Assembly (NCBI GenBank): GCA_963778155.1
Contig: CAVZTK010000021.1
Location: 1,162,871-1,226,870 of the forward strand
Direction of reading: 5' to 3'
DNA length: 64,000 nt
From: an uncultured Chloroflexia bacterium
GTDB lineage: Bacteria; Chloroflexota; Limnocylindria; Limnocylindrales; CSP1-4
Part shown: piece after piece, positions 59,184 to 64,000 of the stretch
Numbering within the stretch: the stretch's first letter is position 1
Layout of the letters: the number at the start of each line of letters is the position of its first letter
The notes under the pieces: generated by a model
The model's database searches: none
What the model saw: the letters and a program-made list of their open reading frames with translations, nothing else
Told to the model about the DNA's origin: nothing
Program-made: the position numbers and the translations under genes

Positions 59184-60341
59184 TGGCCGGGGCGAAGGGC
59201 GTCTCCGACCGCACCGCCTACCTGACGTCCGGCGTCGACGTCGCGGCCGGCGAGCGGGCCGTCGACCTGATGCGGGACCACGTCGAGTCGACCCGCCGGC
59301 CCGAGGTCGTCGGCGGGCTCGGCGGGTTCGGCGGCGCGATCGTCGATCCCGGCGGGCTATCGCGAGCCGCTGCTCGTCTCCTCGACCGACGGGGTCGGGA
59401 CGAAGACGGCGATCGCCCCGGCGCTGGACCGCTACGACACGATCGGCATCGACCTCGTCGCGATGTGCGCCGACGACGTCGTCTGCTGCGGCGCCGAGCC
59501 GCTGGCCTTCCTCGACTACGTCGCCGTCGGGCAGCGTCGTGCCCGAAGGGGTCGCCGAGCTGGTCGGATCGGTCGCCGCCGGCTGTCGCGAGGCCGGCTG
59601 CGCGCTCGTCGGCGGCGAGACGGCCGAGCATCCGGGGCTGATGGACGACGACGCGTTCGACCTGGCGGGCTGCTGCCTCGGCGTCGTCGAGCGCGACGAC
59701 GTCATCGACGGCTCCGCGGTCCGCGCCGGCGACGCGATCCTCGGCCTGGCGGCGTCCGGGCTGCACGCGAACGGCTTCTCGCTCGTCCGCGCGCTCGTCG
59801 CGCAGTGGGACCTCGATCTGATCGGCCGTACCAGGTGCAGCTGCGGCGGACGCTCGGCGACGCCGGGCGCGACGCGGCCATCGCGGCCGAGCCCGAACGA
59901 GGCGCTGGCGACCCTCGGCGACGTGCTGCTGACCCCGACCCGGATCTACGCGCGGGCGGTCCTCGCCGCCCGGGCCGCCTCCGGGCCGCCGGCGCGGACG
60001 TCCACGGCCTGGCCCACATCACCGGCGGCGGCCTGCCCGGGCAACGTCCCGCGGGCGCTGCCCGACGGCCTCGGCGGCCCGCGTCGACCCGGGTCGCTGG
60101 CCGATGCCGTCGGTCATGCGCGCTGTTCGGGGCGCTCGGCGGCCTCGACGACGAGGAGCTCCGGGCGACGTTCAACGGCGGGCTCGGGATGGTCGTCGTC
60201 CTGCCGCGAGCGGCCGTGCCCGCGGCGACGGCCGCCATCGAAGGGTTCGGGATCCCGTCGCGGTCGTCGGCGAGGTCGTGGACTCGGCGACGGTCGATGG
60301 CCGGCGCTACGCTCGAGGCGACCCTCGAGGGTCTGGCGTGA
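59183..60341 (+). pseudogene. purM: AIR synthetase, about 10 frame changes
   Basis: [37 protein letters not shown]...[22 protein letters not shown]...[63 protein letters not shown] and VAVVGEVV are each found in alternating frames. Confidence 0.88.
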
Positions 60342-60362
60342 CCGCGCGTCGGGCCGCCGGAC

Positions 60363-60948
60363 GTGGCCGGGCGGGTCGCGGTCGGCGTCTCGGGCGGCGG
60401 CTCGAACCTGCGCGCGCTGGTCGCCGCGGCCGATCGGGGCGAGCTCGGCGGCGACATCGCGCTCGTCTTCGCCGACCGGGCCTGCCCGGCGCTCGACTGG
60501 GCGGCGGAGCAGGGGATCGAGACGGCCCTGGTCCCGGGCGGTGACGACGCGACGCTGGCCGCCACGCTCGAGCGCCGTCGGCGCCGACGTCGTCGTCCTC
60601 GCCGGCTACATGCGCATCGTCGGGCCGGCGGTGCTCGGCGCGTTCGCCGGTCGGATCCTCAACACCCACCCGTCGCTCCTGCCGGCGTTCCCGGGCGCGC
60701 ACGCGGTCGGCGACGCGCTCGCCCACGGCGTGCCCGTGACCGGCTGCACGGTCCATCTCGTCGACGAGACCCTCGACGGCGGCCCGATCGTCGCCCAGGA
60801 GCCCGTGCGCGGTCCTGCCCGGCGACGACGAGGCGACGCTCCACGACCGGATCCGGGCGGTCGAGCACCGGCTCCTGCCGCGGGCGGTCGCCCTCGCTGC
60901 TCGCCGAGGCGCTCGCCGTCGACGGGCGCCACGTGACGCTGGACCTGA
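60363..60948 (+). pseudogene. purN: GAR formyltransferase, at least 3 frame breaks; 3' boundary unresolved
   Basis: [16 protein letters not shown]... | [17 protein letters not shown]...[14 protein letters not shown]...[17 protein letters not shown] | [22 protein letters not shown] | [13 protein letters not shown]. Confidence 0.78.
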
Positions 60949-62584
60949 CCGCGCGGACGCGCGCGTCCCCGTCCCTCGCCGCGCGCTGCTGTCCGTCTAC
61001 GACAAGACCGGCCTCGTCGAGCTCGGTCGCGGCCTCGTCGCCCACGGCTTCGAGCTCGTCTCGACCGGGGCGCACCGCGCGGGCCCTGCGCGACGCCGGC
61101 TTGCCGGTCACCGACGTCGCCGCCGTGACCGGCTTCCCGGAGATGCTCGACGGGCGGGTCAAGACGCTCCATCCGCGGATCCACGCCGGGCTCCTCGCCG
61201 ACCGCCGTCGGGCCGACCACCGGCGCCAGCTGATCGCCGCGGCGATCGCGCCGTTCGAGCTCGTCGTCGGCAACCTGTACCCGTTCGCGGAGGCGCTGGA
61301 GCGACCGGGGATCACGTTCGACGAGCTGGTCGAGGAGATCGACATCGGCGGGCCGTCGATGGTCCGCGCGGCCGCCAAGAACCACGCGAACGTCGCGATC
61401 GTGACGTCGCCGGCGCGGTACGACGACGGTCCTCGCCGCGCTCGACAGCGAGGGCGGCCTCGACGAGCGGCGCCGCGCGCACGCTGGCGATCGAGGCGTT
61501 CCGCCACACCGCCGCGTACGACGCCCGGATCGCCTCGGAGCTGCCTGCCCGGATGGTCGCGGCCGGCCTCCTCGACGGCGCCGCGACGGACCCGTATCCG
61601 GCGTCGCTGACGATCGGGCTCGAGAAGGTCGAGACGCTGCGCTACGGGGAGAACCCGCACCAGCCGGCAGCCCGCTATCGCCGGCCCGGGGCGACATTGG
61701 TGGATGGTCCGTTCGCGTCGCGCGCCGCCGCTCCAGGGCAAGGCGCTGTCGTACAACAACGTCCTCGACGCTGCCGCAGCCTCGGCGCTCGGGCGGGCCC
61801 TGCGCGGGCCGGGCGTCGTCATCGTCAAGCACACGAATCCGTGCGGCGCCGCCGAACGGACGACGCTCGCTCGATGCGTGGGATGCGGCGCTCGCGGCCG
61901 ACCCCGTCAGCGCCTTCGGCGGGGTCGTGGCACTGACCCGGCCGGTGGATGGCCCCGTCGCCCAGCCGGCTCGTCTCGATCTTCCTCGAGGTCGTCGTCG
62001 CGCCGGCGTTCGATCCTGACGCGCTCGAGGTCCTCGCCACCAAGCCGAACCTGCGGGTCGTGCTCGACGAGGCGCTCGCGGACGACGCCCCGCCGGCGGC
62101 GGCCCCAGACGCGACCGGCTCGATCCGGACAGCCGGCGGCGCGGTCCTCGTGACGGCCCCCGACGTCGCCGCAGACGACCCGGCGACGTGGGTCTGTGCG
62201 AGCCACCGCCCGCCGAACGACGCGGAACGGCTCGACCTCGACCTCGCCTGGCGGCTCGTCCGCGGCGTGACCTCGAACGCGATCGTCCTCGTCCGCGATC
62301 GCCGGCTGGTCGGCTTGGGCAGCGGCCAGACCTCGCGTGTCGACGCGGCCCGCCAGGCGGTCGCCAAGGCGCACGCGATGCTCGGCGCCGGCGCGACGAC
62401 GGGCGCCTCCTGTGGCTCGGACGCGTTCTTCCCGTTCCCTGACGCGGTCGAGGTCTGCCTGGCCGCCGGCGTCACCGCGTTCGCACAGCCCGGCGGCTCG
62501 GTGCACGACGCCGACGCGATCGCGGCCGTCGATGCCGCCGGCGCCACGATGGTCATGACCGGCACGCGCCACTTCCGCCACTGA
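60933..62584 (+). pseudogene. purH: Bifunctional AICAR formyltransferase/IMP cyclohydrolase, about 6 frame breaks; 5' boundary unresolved
   Basis: [16 protein letters not shown]... | [13 protein letters not shown]...[14 protein letters not shown]-like...[16 protein letters not shown] | ...AFRHTAAYD... | GENPHQ | [10 protein letters not shown]...[11 protein letters not shown] | ...SAFGGVVAL | FLEVVVAP...SNAIVLV...GLGSGQTSRVD...MVMTGTRHFRH. Confidence 0.88.
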
Positions 62585-62675
62585 CCGCCCGCGAGTGGCC
62601 GGCGCCGGAACCGGTTCGGCCCGGCCGCGTATCGTATGGGCGATGACAGACACGACGGCGGAGAGGAGGGCGATC

Positions 62676-63155
62676 ATGTCGGATTTCCTGGCGGTCACGT
62701 TCGACGGGGCCGATGACGCGGATGCGGCGCTCCGCTCGATCCGCGGACTCGAGCACGCGGACAAGGTCGGGCTCGAGGACACCGCGGTCGTCCGCAAGGA
62801 CGCGGCCGGCACGGTGACCATCCACAACGAGATGTCGAGCGGGACCGAGACGGGCGCGGTCGTCGGGGCGGTCCTTGGCGGGCTGGTGCTGGCGGTCTTC
62901 CCGCCGGTCGGCATCGCCGCGGGGGCGGCTGTCGGTGGGCTCGTCGGGCGCGCCTGGAAGGGCGGGATCGACGGGAACTTCGTCAAGGAGGTCGGCGGCG
63001 ACCTGCCGCCCGGCGGATCCGCACTCTTCCTCCAGCTCAAGCCCCAGACCGACACCGGATTGCTTGTGGGCGCGCTCGGACAGTTCCATGGGCGGGTCAA
63101 GCAGACATCGCTCGACGACGAGATCGAGAAGGCCCTCGACGACTCGATGCGCTGA
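62676..63155 (+). CDS. DUF1269-family membrane protein
   Basis: ATG 62676 is preceded by GAGAGGAGGG. MSDFLAVTFDGADDADAALRSIRGLEH...LEDTAVVRKDAAGTV, followed by a Gly-rich TM hairpin and GIDGNFVKEVGGDLPPGGSALFL. Confidence 0.75.
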   Translation: MSDFLAVTFDGADDADAALRSIRGLEHADKVGLEDTAVVRKDAAGTVTIHNEMSSGTETGAVVGAVLGGLVLAVFPPVGIAAGAAVGGLVGRAWKGGIDGNFVKEVGGDLPPGGSALFLQLKPQTDTGLLVGALGQFHGRVKQTSLDDEIEKALDDSMR

Positions 63156-63237
63156 CCGACGGCGCCACCCGCGTGGCGATCGTCGTGCGACGCGGGCAAC
63201 GCGGCGTTAAACACGGCTGGGCTACCATCGCGCACTG

Positions 63238-64000
63238 ATGGCTGACCGATCGTTCGACGCCGCGCCGACGATCGAGTCGGACGCCCCGCGACTCAGCATG
63301 CTCATCCCGTGCTGGAACGCGGCTGCCACGATCGAACGCGCTCTCGCATCCGTTCTCGACGAGCACGCGCTCCCGTTCGAGTGCGTCGTCATCGACGACG
63401 GGTCGACCGACGGGACCGCGGACATCGTGCAGGCCGTCGCCGATCGCGACCCGCGCCTCGTCCTGATCCGGCTCCCGACGAACGTCGGCGTGTCGGCCGC
63501 GCGCAATCACGGTCTTGCGGCCACGCGCGCGGACTGGGTCGCCTTCCACGACGCCGATGACGTGATGCTGCCGGGCTGGCTCACGGCCCTGATGGCGCCG
63601 ACCAGGGATCCGACCGTGCGAGCGGTCATCGGCCAGCGGATCTGGAGCGACGGGGAGCGGACCTGGCTGTCGTCGCGCTATGACATCCCCGATATCCGCG
63701 AGCCGGGCCGCAAGTCGATCGCGACCAATCCCGGGCTCCTCAACTACGCCTCGGCGACCGGCAAGGCATTCCACCGCTCACTGCTCGACGGGTTGCGGTT
63801 CGAGGGCCGGGTCATGGGCGACCAGGCGTGGACGATCCGGGCTCTTCTCCGCGCCGGCCCGAACATCGAGGTCGTGGCGGACACCGTCTTCGAGTGGTCG
63901 CGCCCAGCTCGCGGCGCATCCGTCGAGACGATCACCACCCGGGCGCGCGGGTCCGCGGCCGGCGCCGTGGCGATGGCCGCCATCGCCCGGACCGCCTTCC
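63238..64000 (+). CDS. Family-2 glycosyltransferase; 3' end outside window
   Basis: LSMLIPCWNAAATIERALASVL...VVIDDGSTDGT...NVGVSAARNHGL...FHDADD. The ORF runs off the window, so it is absent from the ORF track. Confidence 0.85.
   Translation, partial: MADRSFDAAPTIESDAPRLSMLIPCWNAAATIERALASVLDEHALPFECVVIDDGSTDGTADIVQAVADRDPRLVLIRLPTNVGVSAARNHGLAATRADWVAFHDADDVMLPGWLTALMAPTRDPTVRAVIGQRIWSDGERTWLSSRYDIPDIREPGRKSIATNPGLLNYASATGKAFHRSLLDGLRFEGRVMGDQAWTIRALLRAGPNIEVVADTVFEWSRPARGASVETITTRARGSAAGAVAMAAIARTAF

Noticed and set aside
20179-62584. Programmed +1 ribosomal frameshifting or transcriptional slippage as the explanation for the frame breaks.
   Set aside because: The break sites share no slippery heptamer, rare-codon pause context or long homopolymer. 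Several occur within 10-20 nt of each other. Programmed recoding at about 60 sites in housekeeping genes is not credible without such signals.

Overview
This is a 64-kb stretch of core chromosome from a very GC-rich bacterium (well above 65% G+C by eye, not computed). It looks monoderm-type: lipobox lipoprotein solute-binding proteins, FtsA plus Sbp/DUF1290, split gcvPA/gcvPB and split purS/purQ/purL. My unverified guess is a deep-branching Actinomycetota or Chloroflexota lineage.

Gene content, left to right:
(1) Distal dcw division/cell-wall cluster: murD(3' end)-ftsW-murG-murB-ddl-ftsQ-sbp-ftsA-[yjbQ-like]-ftsZ-yggS-DUF167, then tRNA-Val(CAC).
(2) A small accessory patch: a DinB-fold gene, a tiny GKVF-repeat protein, a Moco oxidoreductase / FAD reductase / zinc-ribbon triad, an acyl-CoA synthetase and a K+ channel.
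(3) Aconitase, a Rossmann/DUF2520 gene, and a NUDIX-gcvT-gcvH-gcvPA-gcvPB operon.
(4) Two complete family-5 (peptide/nickel type) ABC importers arranged convergently, the second with two tandem binding-protein genes.
(5) CN-hydrolase + nadE, rsmI, a Ca2+/H+ antiporter, a stand-alone ssb, and two tandem paralogous zinc-ribbon/Cys-His proteins of unknown function.
(6) A HAMP-GGDEF-HD-GYP c-di-GMP enzyme.
(7) A near-complete purine cluster purA-purD-purB-purC-purS-purQ-purL-purF-purM-purN-purH, followed by a DUF1269 membrane protein and a GT2 glycosyltransferase (3' end outside the window).

I saw no rRNA, CRISPR array, transposase or integrase.

The dominant anomaly is about 60 reading-frame breaks. 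They cluster in blocks (gcv operon, nadE/rsmI, most pur genes), are mostly +1 (extra-base) events, and sit next to long regions that read cleanly. The label 'pseudogene' below means 'disrupted as sequenced' and is not a claim of biological decay; patchy consensus error is at least as likely. The best candidate for something undescribed is the ssb-adjacent pair of paralogous Zn-ribbon proteins.

Everything here comes from reading the sequence and the ORF track by eye. No searches were run.
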